Shown here piece by piece: positions 34,986 to 47,075 of a stretch of DNA of 64,000 nt. Below the pieces are notes generated by a model that searched no databases, was not told where the DNA came from, and saw nothing but the letters and a program-made list of their open reading frames with translations. Numbering within the stretch: position 1 is the first letter of the stretch; every line of letters begins with the position of its first letter. Position numbers and translations under genes: made by a program. This DNA is from Macrostomum lignano (taxonomy: Eukaryota): contig NIVC01002088.1 of assembly GCA_002269645.1 (NCBI GenBank), forward strand, positions 1 to 64,000. The letters are read 5' to 3'.

Positions 34986-36452
34986 TAGGGTTAGAAGGAG
35001 GAAATCCAAGGTTAGGGGAGAGGGGAACTAAGGAAAGGAAAATAAGTCAAACATCAGGCATTTGATATAAAATATTGTAGGCTTAGTTTTATAGTTTGTT
35101 ATTTAGTCTAGGCCTATTGGTATACATAAAGTAGATAGATAGAAAAAAACAAAAATTTTAAGGCTTTTATCTAGTAAGTTAGCTAAATCTATTCATTAGG
35201 CCTAAGACCAAGTCAATAAGCTAGGCCAAGGCTTAGTGCTCAATAGGCTTTCCTACATACATAGGGCTATAGCTAAATAAATAGAATTTAATTGAATTGA
35301 AGCCTTTTTATAATTGAATAAAAGCAGCTTATAAGTTACAGTAAGCTGCTGTAACCTACATTTATATTTCAAATGCCTGTATTATTAATTAACTGACACG
35401 TGACAGGCTTTAAACTATAGAACAAAATTACTTAAGCAATCACATAATAATGCACAAGAAATTTAAGAAAAGCTCCTTTCATTTATCTTGTACACGAAGC
35501 CTTCACTTGTTTAGTCTAGTGCATAGGCCAGCACAGCAATGCACAGTAGCACAACAAATATGCCTTAAAAGCTTTTGTTGAACGTTGAACACAGGAACCC
35601 TAGCTCATTCCTGTAAATTTTGTTTTCAAATTACATACAAGCGAATTAATATTAACAAACGTCGATTTTTCTACTGCAAATTGTTATTAAACACCCGTTA
35701 AAAGCTTTCAATTGATACACTCCCATTTGATTGTATGGGAGCGCGCTTTGGGCCCGTCTAGCCGGGAGAAGCGAGAGCTCGAGAGCGCGCTTTCCTGCCG
35801 GTTAGCCCGATGATTTTGTAAGCTTTTGGCCCGGCTAGCCGGTTGTCGTCGGGTGCCATGGTGCAGTGAATCTCTGTCGCCGAATTTGTTTGTCGGCGAA
35901 TTGGACAACACCCGAATTTAGTACGCTAGAAATTCAATTAAAAGGTCCAGAAAATTTTCTAGGAGGGGCCAAGCTATACCAAGCACTATATATACGATCC
36001 AATATTGAAAAATAGAGTTTGGATAGTTATATACCAAAAAAGTATTGCCAAATTTATTTTTGGTCCGAGACTTCTTAACAACTAAAAGAGATGTTTAGTA
36101 GTTCTTGTTTTTGGCCACGGCTTAGAGGGGGTGGGGCATGGCTCCTTTTGCCCCCGCCTGGATCCGCGCCCCTGAATCTGCCAAAGGGCCAACCAAAGCA
36201 AAAATTTAATTAAAAACTCGTCTGTGTCTGACCTCAAGTGCCTCCTTACAGACAAACTTTCTAAGAAAGAAGCAGTAAAACAGGGGCAGCATGTCAAAGT
36301 GCAGCTTTGTTTAGAAACAGTCAGTCAGACCGTTAATTTTCTGATTTCTTTCTTTTCTGATTTACGTACGTACCTGAACTTTCTGATTTTTTCGGATAAA
36401 AAGTTTGAATTAATCGCAGGCTTTTCCAACATACGGCTTAAATTTGTGTACT

Positions 36453-38669
36453 TGATGTAACCGCCCTTGTCGCCTGTCCGCTCCGTAGAGAGACGAACGC
36501 ATGGCTAGAGGGGGCAATGACCGTAGGCTGCCTAGGACCGGGCAATGACCTGACGGACCTCCAGCACCAGACTGTCCCGCCCACATGATTAGTAGCTTTG
36601 GTAGCGCTTCGTGACCAGAGGGCCAAGGACCCACATGGACCCCACCTGTAGCCAAGGTGCAATAGTTGGTCACTCGGTCATGGTATGACCGAGTGGCTGC
36701 CACCACTCTATGTGACCTGGCGCACCTGGATCTTTCTACCAGACCTCTCGAGGCTAGAGCCCCGCCTGGATTGGTTACCAGGGGATTTAGGCTAACAGGG
36801 GAGACGCATGCAGCCGAGTACAGGGACTCTGCTTGGGGCATGATCGGGAACTCTGGGCTCAATCCTGGAGGATTTCTCAGCAGGGGATCCTTTGTGGCTG
36901 TGAGCGAGGCTGACTTGCGACTTTGATTACTAAGAGTAGTATGAGGCGAACATGTACTATCTACAGTTTAGATTGCTCAGGGCGAAGGGACGCGTCAGCA
37001 TGGGGTTGCAACCTTCCTACTGCCATTCTGTGCCAAGACTCGCTAATCCCTCTACTGCACGCACACGCGGCCCCGCAGCACGCACTCACAGGCGGGCTGT
37101 GCACGGGGAGAGGCCATTAGCTTACCCAAACTTCCTTATGCTTTGCCACCCCGGGGGAAAGGCTTAGCAAGCCATGAGTGAAATGATGGTGAAAGATTGA
37201 ATAATGATGAAGTTAGTTAATAGTTAATAATTAGGCCCTTAGGCAAATAAGCAGGCAATTAGGCGGCTTCACTATTGAGTAAGATACAGCAAAAGATACG
37301 GTATCACAATTGGCTCAGCTCTCTAATCAGACAATGGAAAATAGGCAAACCCCGGATAAGCAAAGGCAATTAGAGCACAAATTAGTAGCAGGAACTTACC
37401 CCCTGCTGCACAGAGAGAGAGAGAGGCGGAGTGACCGAGGGCGGCTGTAGGCTGCAGTCAGGCAGACGGTGAAGCGGCGATGCGCTGGAGCGACGAGGCG
37501 CTGATGTAGATCAGGCGATGCTGATGATGCTGGGCGGTATCAGACCGCTGGCCGATAGGCGAGCTCACTTGGGGAGCTAAGGATAACTTGGCGGTAACAG
37601 ACCGCGGACCGGCAGGGATTCGTCTTATAGACGAATGGGTCAGAACTCAATCTGACAGCAAGTCCAAAGAAGGACGAGGAGAGGAACAGAGATAAACTCA
37701 GTTGAGTATTCTCATGCCGAAATCGCTTCCTTTTATAGACCTCACAGCCGCCTCCTCAAGGTCGTTACCATGGCTCCCTCTCTCTGATTGGCTGCCGGCA
37801 GAATGACGTCAGAATGAGTCATGATGAGAAGCATGAGACCGGCATAGCAACATGAGAAATCGGGAAATTGCGCAATCCGGAGGTGGGGTGGGGGGATAAT
37901 TGGCGCAGCGGGTGGTCGCGAAAGTGTTGCGCAAGCAAACATTGAGAACAATAGGGCTGGGGTCGAGAACAAAGGAATTGGAAATCGGGGATAATTGGGG
38001 AAAACTGAGAACAATGGAAAAGTAAACATTGGAGAAAAGGTGATAATTAGGTGCGAAAACGAGAACAAAAGAAAGAGAAAATCGGAGAAAATGTGATAAT
38101 TGGTGGGGGTCGAGAGAACAAAAGAAGCAAAAACGAGAACAATAGAAGCGGAGGTGGGGTGGGTGTCACATGAGAAATTTGGGAAGGAGAACAATAGCGT
38201 GAGAAAAGGTTGCGCAAGAGAGGGGGATGAGTCATCGATGAGTCACCGAGGGGGAGAAGGGGTCACACGACTTGCGTCACCGTTTGGGAGTTTGAGAGGG
38301 GATGGGGAGACGGTGAGCACACAAAGTACTGTAAGTAGACACAGGGAAAGAGGGGACAGCGCAGGAAAAGAGTGCAGAGGGAGACAAAAAAAGGAGGAGG
38401 TAGAGAAAGTACAGGAAGAATAGGGCGGGAACAGAAGAGATAGGGTAGAGGGGGAGGTACAGAAAGGGGTAGGGGCTCCGGAAAGGCAGGTGTGGCGGCA
38501 GGAGAGACGGGACCAAGGCAGCAGGAGGGGTGCAGCAGAGCGGGAGTCTCCAGGCCCGGTCGGAGACCTGGCCGAGTCTCGACAGCTCTGTGCAGAGGGT
38601 GCACGGGATAGGAGGCACTTTCGAAAAAGTTCCCATGCCCTATCCCGCGACCAGAGCGTGGTTACATCA
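36453..38669 (-). mobile_element. Solo LTR (~2.2 kb), probably Gypsy-type
   Basis: Termini TGATGTAACC...GGTTACATCA (10-bp inverted repeat, TG..CA); 4-bp TSD TACT (36449-36452, 38670-38673); no gag/pol; TATA box on the minus strand. Confidence 0.75.
37730..37738 (-). promoter_or_regulatory. TATA box (CTATAAAAG) in the solo LTR
   Basis: Motif match only; position within a putative LTR. Confidence 0.4.
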
Positions 38670-39157
38670 TACTATTAAATTTCTATTTATTTAGGCAATT
38701 AGGCGTAACTACCTGCGTTGAAATTTAACATTATTCGTGATAAGTGTCCACTAGTGTGGTGGGATACAGTTAGTAACTATCCGGTTGCTCGCTTTGGTGT
38801 GTCAAAAGGATATATTTCATACATTGGATAGTTTTTACATGCACATGTACATGTACTGGTCCTTGGTAGGTGCACTGTCAAGGAATTAAGGGGTTAAACT
38901 TACGATTAATGAGTGTTAAGCCAAACGAACCAAGCAAGGGGAAGGTTTTCATCCAATTAATTAGCCATTAACTGTTGTCATACATGGCTGATGTAGATAT
39001 AAAAGTTCTCAATTTCTATTCTAGCTTTAATTAATTCTTCGATCTATATAATTCAAGAACAGTTCAAAATTTGCAATTCAAATTCTTTCTCATCTTTAAT
39101 GTTATGTTTATGTCAAGTTTGAGACTTAAGCCTATTTTGCGTCATCTTTTCCGTAAC

Positions 39158-39460
39158 CATAGAGGTAATGGCTAGAGTTCCGGCACCGGAACCCGTTTTC
39201 TAACAGCTAGGGATCCGGCAGTGCCGTATAGAAGCATATAAAGACTGCTAAGAACATATCTAAGAAGTCTGGATATTAGAAGCATCTCGTCCCGAATCTT
39301 ATCATATTGTCTTAAATTTTAATCTAGAACAAAATCTCAATATCAGCCACATGTAGAAAGAAAAATATAATGTTCCATCTATATTATAATGGCACTGCCG
39401 GATCCGTAGCCGTTAGAAAATGGGTTCCGGTGCCGGAACTCTAGCCATTGCCAACCATGG
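39158..39460. mobile_element. MITE with ~65-bp TIRs (..ATGGCTAGAGTTCCGGCACCGGAACCC..GGATCCGGCAGTGCC)
   Basis: Clear inverted arms; TSD not found. Confidence 0.75.
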
Positions 39461-39493
39461 AAGACATTATGTTCTATATTAGTTCACAAATGT

Positions 39494-39654
39494 CAGTGGC
39501 GGATACAGGATTTTTAAAGTAGAGGGCGGATTTGCCTAACTTTTTGGATTGGCCGAAAATTAAAATACACCTCCAATTATATGCAAGTTCACCCCTGGCA
39601 AAACAAGGGGGGGGCAGTTGTCCCCCTTCGCCCCCGCCCTTGGATTCGCCACTG
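39494..39654. mobile_element. hAT-type MITE, 161 bp
   Basis: TIRs CAGTGGCGGAT../..ATTCGCCACTG; perfect 8-bp TSD ACAAATGT (39486-39493, 39655-39662). Confidence 0.85.
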
Positions 39655-39764
39655 ACAAATGTAGTTGGATAGCTTTCGGGAATTGGTTCCGATGTAACCG
39701 ATAAATGAATATTTCGGATATGAAAAGTCACAATAGGCTACATATACGAGCGTACATGTATCAA

Positions 39765-41596
39765 TCAGACTACCGTTAGTGGCAAATCATAATAGAGTGT
39801 CTCGTCTTGGTAGACTTCTAGCCAGCGGCGTCGTCTTTGTATAACTGCCGCAGTAATAGATAATTTTCGGCGCTGCCAGAGCCGAAAAGCACTACCAAAA
39901 GTTGCAGAAACAGCTCTGGACAGATCGCAGATTCCTTTGCTGTAAAACTGTATTGCGTCTTGACGGAACTGTGGTACCATCACAGACAACACAAGAAAAT
40001 TAGAAAAAAGCTGGACACCGAAACATACCCTGCTAAAGTACACCAACGACTCTTCATCAATTGGTCGGTAAATCTCTTGAGGCTGAGTCGCTAGCGAACC
40101 CTGTACTGATTGACTGCCGCCGGCTGATAAGAATCTGGCGTACATTAGACATCCGTGCAGCAAACCCGGGGTGCTGAGCACAGCATGACCGAGACAACAA
40201 GCCAACAAACCCGTCCGCATTCGGATAAACAAGTCCACGTGGATTATTCGGTACTCAAGGCAGCGTCGACATTCTGGCTGGGGGCGTCTTTTGAATAACA
40301 GAAAAACGGTACATGCACTAACCACCGCGGTGACTGGCAGGATATCAGCGCATAGAATATCAATTGCTGGCCACAACCAATCTGTGAATTCCTCTGTTAT
40401 GGGCCAGCGTCGAGTCCATCCGCAGTGGTACACCTTGTCCAGATCATTAGTGGAACTGCCTCTGTCAACAGTTAAGGTCCATGCAAAATGAGCATTGATA
40501 AGTGCTGCTAGTACAACCGATAGGAGTGCACAGCTCTTCACTCTGTCAGTGGAACCAGCGTTTGTGAAGCTGACTGGCTTCAAAAACATTCGTCTCGAGT
40601 CAAAAGCCATAGCGGCCTGTAAAAGCGATTTTAAGTGCAACAGACCGGAGTAAAGCATGGTTAACAGCTGACAGTTGGACTCGTCCATCACGAGCAGCGA
40701 TAGCATTATCTTTAAATCGAATGCGGACTGAAACCAGAGGTCAAGGAAACGAATATATAGTAGAAGAGTGTCCAAGACAGTGATAACCAGCGCATAGTAG
40801 CAGATTGGAAGCTGAGTCGATGCGTAGCGCAACATTAGCCGACAGGTAGCCAGATTACAGACTGTGCCCATCAGCACTAACAGCAGAGGCAGCGCTGTGT
40901 TGATTAAAGCGAACTGTTCGCTGCTGAAGTCGCCAGAGCAGATCAAAACTTCATGGCCTAGCTGCGACAGTGCAGGCTCCACCATCGTCACGGACTCAAT
41001 AAGCTCGGGTCCAGCTGTTGTAGCATTGCGAACTGGAGAGATGTATGGTTGAAGAACTTTTGATCAAATAACCATAAATAATTATTCTGTTTTAGTATCT
41101 AGCTCTCTAATGTCCTTTTACAATATATAATTTATCCACGCGAAAAGTGTAAGCGTAGAAGCGTAGACTTGTACTCCTAGAAAGAAATTTAAGAAAAGGG
41201 CAAGTTAAGTTGTGCATGAATATACGCTCGTATTAACTATTGAGACATTGGAAGTCTTTGGTCGCCAGGGGCTAGCGGAATTGGCTGTCCTCTACGCCTC
41301 CTCGCTGCAGTTGAGTCAAGTAAGTCAGAGGTAAAATATTTTTAAATCTGGGTAAATTCACCTGTCTCTGACAGTTGTGCTTCCTCATCTTGCAGCTCAG
41401 TCCACATGACACAGTAAAAATCTGTCAGTCTGTTTGGACAATACTGGCTGCCACTCTTGTAGAAGCAGCCGCTATTTAGCGCAGCCAGTCTAGTATTGTT
41501 GCGTCGGCGAACTAGTTCCTCCTGTGCATCGGCCGCGTGGCCTGACTTGGCCGCACGGAACCGGATTCTGCCGCCACCGCCGCCTCCGCGAGCCAT
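39765..41596 (-). CDS. Divergent class A (rhodopsin-like, peptide-receptor-like) GPCR, 2 exons (41362-41596, 39765-41032), ~500 aa
   Basis: Seven hydrophobic segments; GxxxN in TM1, D in TM2, Cys at top of TM3, AFDSR in place of DRY, TM4 LINxH, TM5 D..LP, helix-8 FRQD. Donor AG|GTGAAT and acceptor CTCCAG are both phase 1. Confidence 0.85.
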
Positions 41597-42154
41597 GTTT
41601 GATATCTTGATTTGCTTCCCAGCCTTTTATTTTTGCATGTATGCCTCACAGTGAACCGTTAGTGTACCAATTCGTCGACAAGTATTACGGAAACAGAGAC
41701 GATACGAGCCGTATTAGCGTTTGTTTCACCTCAGAGAGAATATCTTCGTGTTAATTTCTGTTTTTCTTCTCGAGTTCTTTGATTTCAGGACAGATGTTTT
41801 AGCTATGAGCACGGTGAAGGTCAGGAAAAATGATTGACACAAAGACTCTCGATTTATTCTAAATATCGGAGTAGGATCTTAGATTTCCTGCTCCAGGATT
41901 TTTCTATCCTTTTTGGCTCAGCAGTTGTCATTGGATCTAGGAAATTCAAGCAGAAACCGGACTCTTCTCGGTTCGTCCCAAGCCAGTTAGCATCTGTTAG
42001 CTGAATTTCTCTGCTGCGATACAGAGAGTGTTAAAATCGAAAGAAAGTATTCTCGGCTCGCCTTAAAACCCAAGAGCATGGGGATACTGGAAAATTTCGG
42101 TGAGATCATCAGTATCTTAATCTAGACAAATATCTCTCTAGCAGGTCACGAAAT

Positions 42155-42530
42155 GGTAGATTGTGTCTATGGTTTTGGAGGTAGAGAATGGTAGATTGTG
42201 TTTATGGTTTTGGAGGTAGAGAATGGTAGATTGTGTCTATGGTTTTGGAGGTTGACAATGGTAGATTGTGTTTATGGTTTTGGAGGTAGAGAATGGTAGA
42301 TTGTGTCTAGGGTTTTGGAGGTAGACAATGGTAAATTGTGTCTATGGTTTTGGAGGTAGAGAATGGTAGATTGTGTTTATGGTTTTGGAGGTTGAGAATG
42401 GTAGATAATGTCTATGGTTTTGGAGGTTGAGAATGGTAGATAATGTCTATGGTTTTGGAGGTTGAGAATGATAGATTATCTCTATGGTTTTAGAGGTAGA
42501 GAATGGTAGATTGTGTTTATGGTTTTGGAG
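42155..42530 (+). repeat. ~32-bp minisatellite GAGAATGGTAGATTGTGTYTATGGTTTTGGAGGTW
   Basis: About 11 units. Confidence 0.93.
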
Positions 42531-42656
42531 TGGACAATGTTGGATTTTTTCTATGGTTTTAGGCAGACAATAATTGATTTTTCCCCACGAGTGATTGAAA
42601 TTAAGCATGTGCGACAAAACGAAATGCACAACCCGTATAACAAACTTACATATCCA

Positions 42657-42927
42657 ATAGAAAGCTTGACGTCTCCAATACGTATTTTTTAGGTCGTAGG
42701 AACGTCCCTGAGACATAACCAATTCATTTATGATCCTTCAAGAAGCTTGATTTTATAAATAAAATTGTGAATAAATAATACGAGCCACATTGCAAATCTA
42801 TTCTTTATTATTTATTCGCCATTTTTGTAGAAACAAGCTTCTTGAAGGATCATAAATGAATTAGAAACATCTCAGGGATGTTCCTACGACCTAAAAAACA
42901 CCTATTGGAGACGTCAAACTTTTTATT
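42657..42927. mobile_element. Palindromic MITE, arms ~120-130 bp
   Basis: GACGTCTCCAATA..TAGGTCGTAGGAAC..TTCATTTATGATCCTTCAAGAAGCTTG recurs reverse-complemented. Confidence 0.8.
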
Positions 42928-43908
42928 GCATACGTAGGCTCGTAATTTTGTTATGCGGGCAAGCGTATGGTCTCATGAATGTATTTATAGTAGCCTTGAA
43001 TAATGATTTTGAAGCGTTGAATAATGAGCGTACAGCGTTGGAAAATGCCATTGGAGGGGCTTTTTCGCCATGTTTTTGGTGCCAGAGTTACGAGTATTTT
43101 CAATTTACATTTACCTGCAGAGACATGCCATCCATAGCTAGTATCAAAGTTGGCGCGCATGTTTTTAAAGGTATAGTAGCAATACACGGGTCCCAAGAAG
43201 AAAAAAAACAGCTAAATACTCTCTTATGGCAACACCACTATGAAAATCACCGAAGGCTAAAATTCATGAAAACGGACACAAATTCTGAGATAATATTTTC
43301 TCGCCTTCCTTGGAAAGAATTCATTGCAAAAGAATCTAATTCGATTTGATTTGGGCTCTCAAAATTATTTGCGCCCGTCATTTTGTGTTGCTTCAATTGA
43401 GGCTGCTGTGAGAGAGACCCTACATGCAGATCGGAATCCAGCTGAGCCCGCCGCCTCTATGCGCCCCATGGCATTTGGGCGAGAGAGGAGGGGTAAAAAT
43501 AGATTTCAGAATTTTCAACGATACACTGCATTCTTATGCAGAGCATTCTCGGCTACAGGAATTTCGATACAGCCTGTCCCAAATAACACACAAAAGCTGC
43601 TATCCGAGACTGTCAGTTCGAGTCTGGTTAAGGCTACAGATAATGTAGCTAAAAAATACAGCATATCTTAACTACTGCTATGCGCGTACATCTAATTTCT
43701 GGGTTATACATTATATAATCTACTATTATTTATTACATTTTATTGCTTTTTTCTACAAAGCCTCTTAACTCATTTCCCAGTGCTGCTGGGTCGTTCGGGC
43801 TCTGTCTAAATGTGGCTCCGTCTGCATGTCTTGACGTCTTGACGTCTAACGTCTTGTAGTCTTGACGTCTACTGTGTGCCTGACGTAATATTTAAATGCT
43901 TGATAAGA

Positions 43909-44153
43909 TCCGTCGGCGACTCCAGCTGGCAGTCCACATCATCCGCGCCGAGTCGTACTGCCCAGAGCCGGTGCAGGAGGTGCTGCTGCTGACGCTGCAG
44001 GCACCCTACCGGCGGGGGCATGCGCGCACTCGGCGTTTCGTCGACTGCCTGCTGGCTGACGCCGGCGCCCCGGATTCGGCCGGCGGCGTGGCGTTCATTC
44101 GCGACCTGGCCTTGAGGCGCGCCACGTGACGCTTACTGCGTATTCTGTTGTTG
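43909..44153 (+). mobile_element. 5'-truncated RTE-clade LINE 3' end
   Basis: RRRLQLAVHIIRAE..RRGHARTRRFVDCLLADAG..AFIRDLALRR* then CTGCGTATTCTG(TTG)n; TSD TTGATAAGA (43900-43908, 44154-44162). Confidence 0.85.
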
Positions 44154-44577
44154 TTGATAAGAGTAAATTTCTTAGCAACAGTTCTTAATTCCTAAACTAT
44201 GCTAAACATCTCAAACCGACCAATGGTTTTGCTTTCTTGATAAATTTAAGACCAAGTTATGCCATGCAAACTATGCATGGCTTTGATACAAAGGTAAGAT
44301 ATTGTGGCTACCACTTTGGTCAGGCCATTCGCTACTTTGCTATTCAAGTGGGGAGCTTAGCTACATAAGTGGCGAAAAATCAGAGCTATCTTTTATGCCT
44401 ACTAAATTAAGATATTCATGTCTCACTTATCAAGCAATTTAATATTGCATATCCTAGTTGACGTGGCAGTTGTATAGTTGTATCTCTAAGTCAAGAAGTT
44501 ATTTAAGAATTCAGTAATACCTATCGCTGACTTATGGTTTTTTGCTGAAGGAATCGCTATAACAAGCAGAAGTTATC

Positions 44578-47075
44578 ATGGAATCGTACCTGGAACCGCT
44601 GCGACGAGCCGCACTTGGCATCATGGATTCTGGACGCCCTGTCGATGGAGGCGTGTTTCGCCTGATCAACGAAAACTCTATGTTGCAGAGGCTGTACGGA
44701 AATAGAACTATCCAGAAGGAATTAATAATATCGCATGCCCTCGATACAATTCTCTCATACGAGAGTCTCTTTGTGGTAACAACATCTTGCATTCTGGCTA
44801 TCGGTCTTCTGATCTGTATGACGGTTTTCGCCTGTTGCCGAAAACAGATTCGAGCGCCATGGACTTTGCGAAGTCATGCTTGCGGGCTATACCGAAGGAC
44901 GCCGCGAATTTGCCTTGCAGTGCTGCGAATTCTTGGAGCAGGCATATTATTATTGGAGTTTATCTCACTAGCTACAGCTTTTACAACCAATATCTGGATC
45001 TATGCAGAAAGCCATCGACAAGCCGGAGACTCTGTGCATGGTAGTGTTGAAAGACCGTTTCAGTTTTTGGATTCATTCTTTCAAACATTGGTGCCAAATG
45101 CTCGAATCGAGATGCGCCCAATCGTCTCACACGCTCTCGAGAAGACGGAGACTGTTCGTCGAAAGTCGCAGGCAAATTTTAGACGGGATTTCGAGAACGA
45201 AATCTCTGCCAAAGTAATGAAAGAATCCAGCTCAGAGCTATTAAAGAGTGTCCGGTTTTTTTACAACTTTGGACTACTCCATGGAAGCCAAAGAGTCGCA
45301 TTGAACAAAACTCTTGAGGGAATGAAGCAAAAAACAGCAATAATAAAATCATCAGATAAAACTTGCATTGAAGCCAAGTTTTCGCCATTATTTTGCGACA
45401 AGCACCGAGACAACGTCAATCAAGCAAACAAACTAATTAACTTAGTTCTGAAGAATTGGACTAAGCCACCAGAGATAAGCGGTGAGGCTCTAGCGGACGC
45501 TATAAGCGCAGCTATGAAAAAGCCGGAAGAATTTGCAGCCGCTTTGCGAGCAATGGATAGCAGTCCAGAACATCTTGCAGCTGATCGAGACCGCAGACTG
45601 AATCTCAGTAGGTCACTCAACAAAGTAATTAGCCGCGCATTCGATAGGGACCTGAACACGACAGCGTTTGTAATAAATGGATTCGAAAAAAACCTGGTAA
45701 AACTGGAAACTCAAGTTGTTCGTCCTTCTCGACAGTCCCTTCGAAATTTATCTGGCATTATAGGGCTTGCTAGCCGGCGACTCATCACAGGATTTGAGAA
45801 CGCAAGGTTTGGGATTGCTACAGTTGTTTTGGTGCCATCTATTGTGTCGCTGCTGTGCTGACATTTGGTTTCACGGTCGTGATTGTGACCCCTGCGCGGA
45901 CTAGCCGCGTAATTCGGCGCCTACGACCTTGGCTGACGGCGGGTTACCTGACCTGCATTACTTGCCTCTTACTAGCACTGGCAGTCTTCTGCTTAACCAA
46001 CTACGCTCGAACTCAGGGCTGTCGGTACTTTGAGATCGGCGAAAAATGGGATGAGGTGTTTGGAAACTCCTCAGCAGACGCCTATTTGGTTCCAGAAGTG
46101 AACAAGGTACTTAGAGACGTGCGCAGTCGCCGGATACCTGTCACTGCCATTGGGAGTGTAATCGGAGGCATCAGCAACGGTTGTCGCGCCAACAAACCCC
46201 TTCTGCTAGCTCTGGATGCTATCCAGTACATTAATGTTGATTTGGCCAGCCAAGAAAGTGCCGAAAAGGCACAGAGATTTAAGGAAAGTGGAACAAAAAT
46301 CCTGCGACGGGAACTAGATCGCGCTAATATAACCAGACTTTACGACAGCAGTCAGAGAGGAAAGCTTGAAAAGTTAGCCAAATTGACTCAGAACTATTCG
46401 AGTGTTAACTATGAGAGAGTCTCACAGGACATTCGGTATCAGCTTCTGGAGGCTGTGAAGCCGGCAGCAGAACGGCTGCTTTCTGTGCAAACTGACGAGG
46501 CTCTTATACTCAACGGCCTGAATAAGAGTACAGATCGAAAATTCATTGAGAGCAATCTGTATAGAATCAGGCTGAATATCGGATTACTACACGACCTACA
46601 GAATTTAAGTCTCAACTACGCTAATATGCTTACTCAGCTAGATAAGCACAAAATGATTGCGTCTATAGCTACGAGACTAATTTCAGCAACTAGCAAGTTT
46701 AAAACTTTCTCTCAAAACAAGAACCTATGGATCGAGACAGCAATCAAGCATTATATTAAAAGTGTTGTTAATGATACCACCGATGACTCTCTGACAATTG
46801 CCAGAGAGTCGGCAACCGAATTTCTAGCTAAAATCGGCAGTTGCCGGCGCCTGTTTGACTTCTATTGGACGTTTGTCGGAGTGCCCTGCCGCTCGCTGCT
46901 GAATCCTCTCAGTGTTCTGTGGCTGTGCCTGGCCGTTCATCTCTGCTGCGCGGTGCCTCTGCTGGTGTGTGGCAGCCTCGTCAGCGTCAGTGTCAGAGAC
47001 GAATTCGAGCTGTTTGACCATAAGGCTGACCATGCTGGTCCTGTGATGACTAACTATTCTGACCATACTAACTAA
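44578..47075 (+). CDS. prom: Prominin-like pentaspan membrane glycoprotein; uninterrupted coding block with one 1-bp frameshift near 45855
   Basis: ORFs of 427 aa and 406 aa abut within TM3. Five TM segments, FACCRK after TM1, TM2 ending AFxxN, two large ectoloops, and C-terminal IGSC..LF..Y...V..PC..LLNPL..LW typical of prominins. Confidence 0.82.

Larger units (their letters stand above)
23126..35857. mobile_element. Giant foldback-like element or inverted duplication, 12.7 kb with 3.3-3.4 kb inverted arms
   Basis: 23126-26455 is the reverse complement of 32418-35857. The outer ~0.9 kb is near-identical (a 6-bp indel and occasional substitutions seen). Termini GGCACCCGACGACAACC / GGTTGTCGTCGGGTGCC; no clean TSD. 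Confidence 0.75.

Noticed and set aside
23115-35868. ProtoRAG/Transib or Polinton identity for the giant element
   Set aside because: No RAG1/2-like, polymerase or integrase ORF was seen; the 5-bp flanks CTATG and CAGTG match only 3/5. Kept only as a hypothesis.
42948-43671. ORFs of 133 and 115 aa upstream of prominin
   Set aside because: No recognisable motif, signal peptide or usable splice phase; possibly TE debris.
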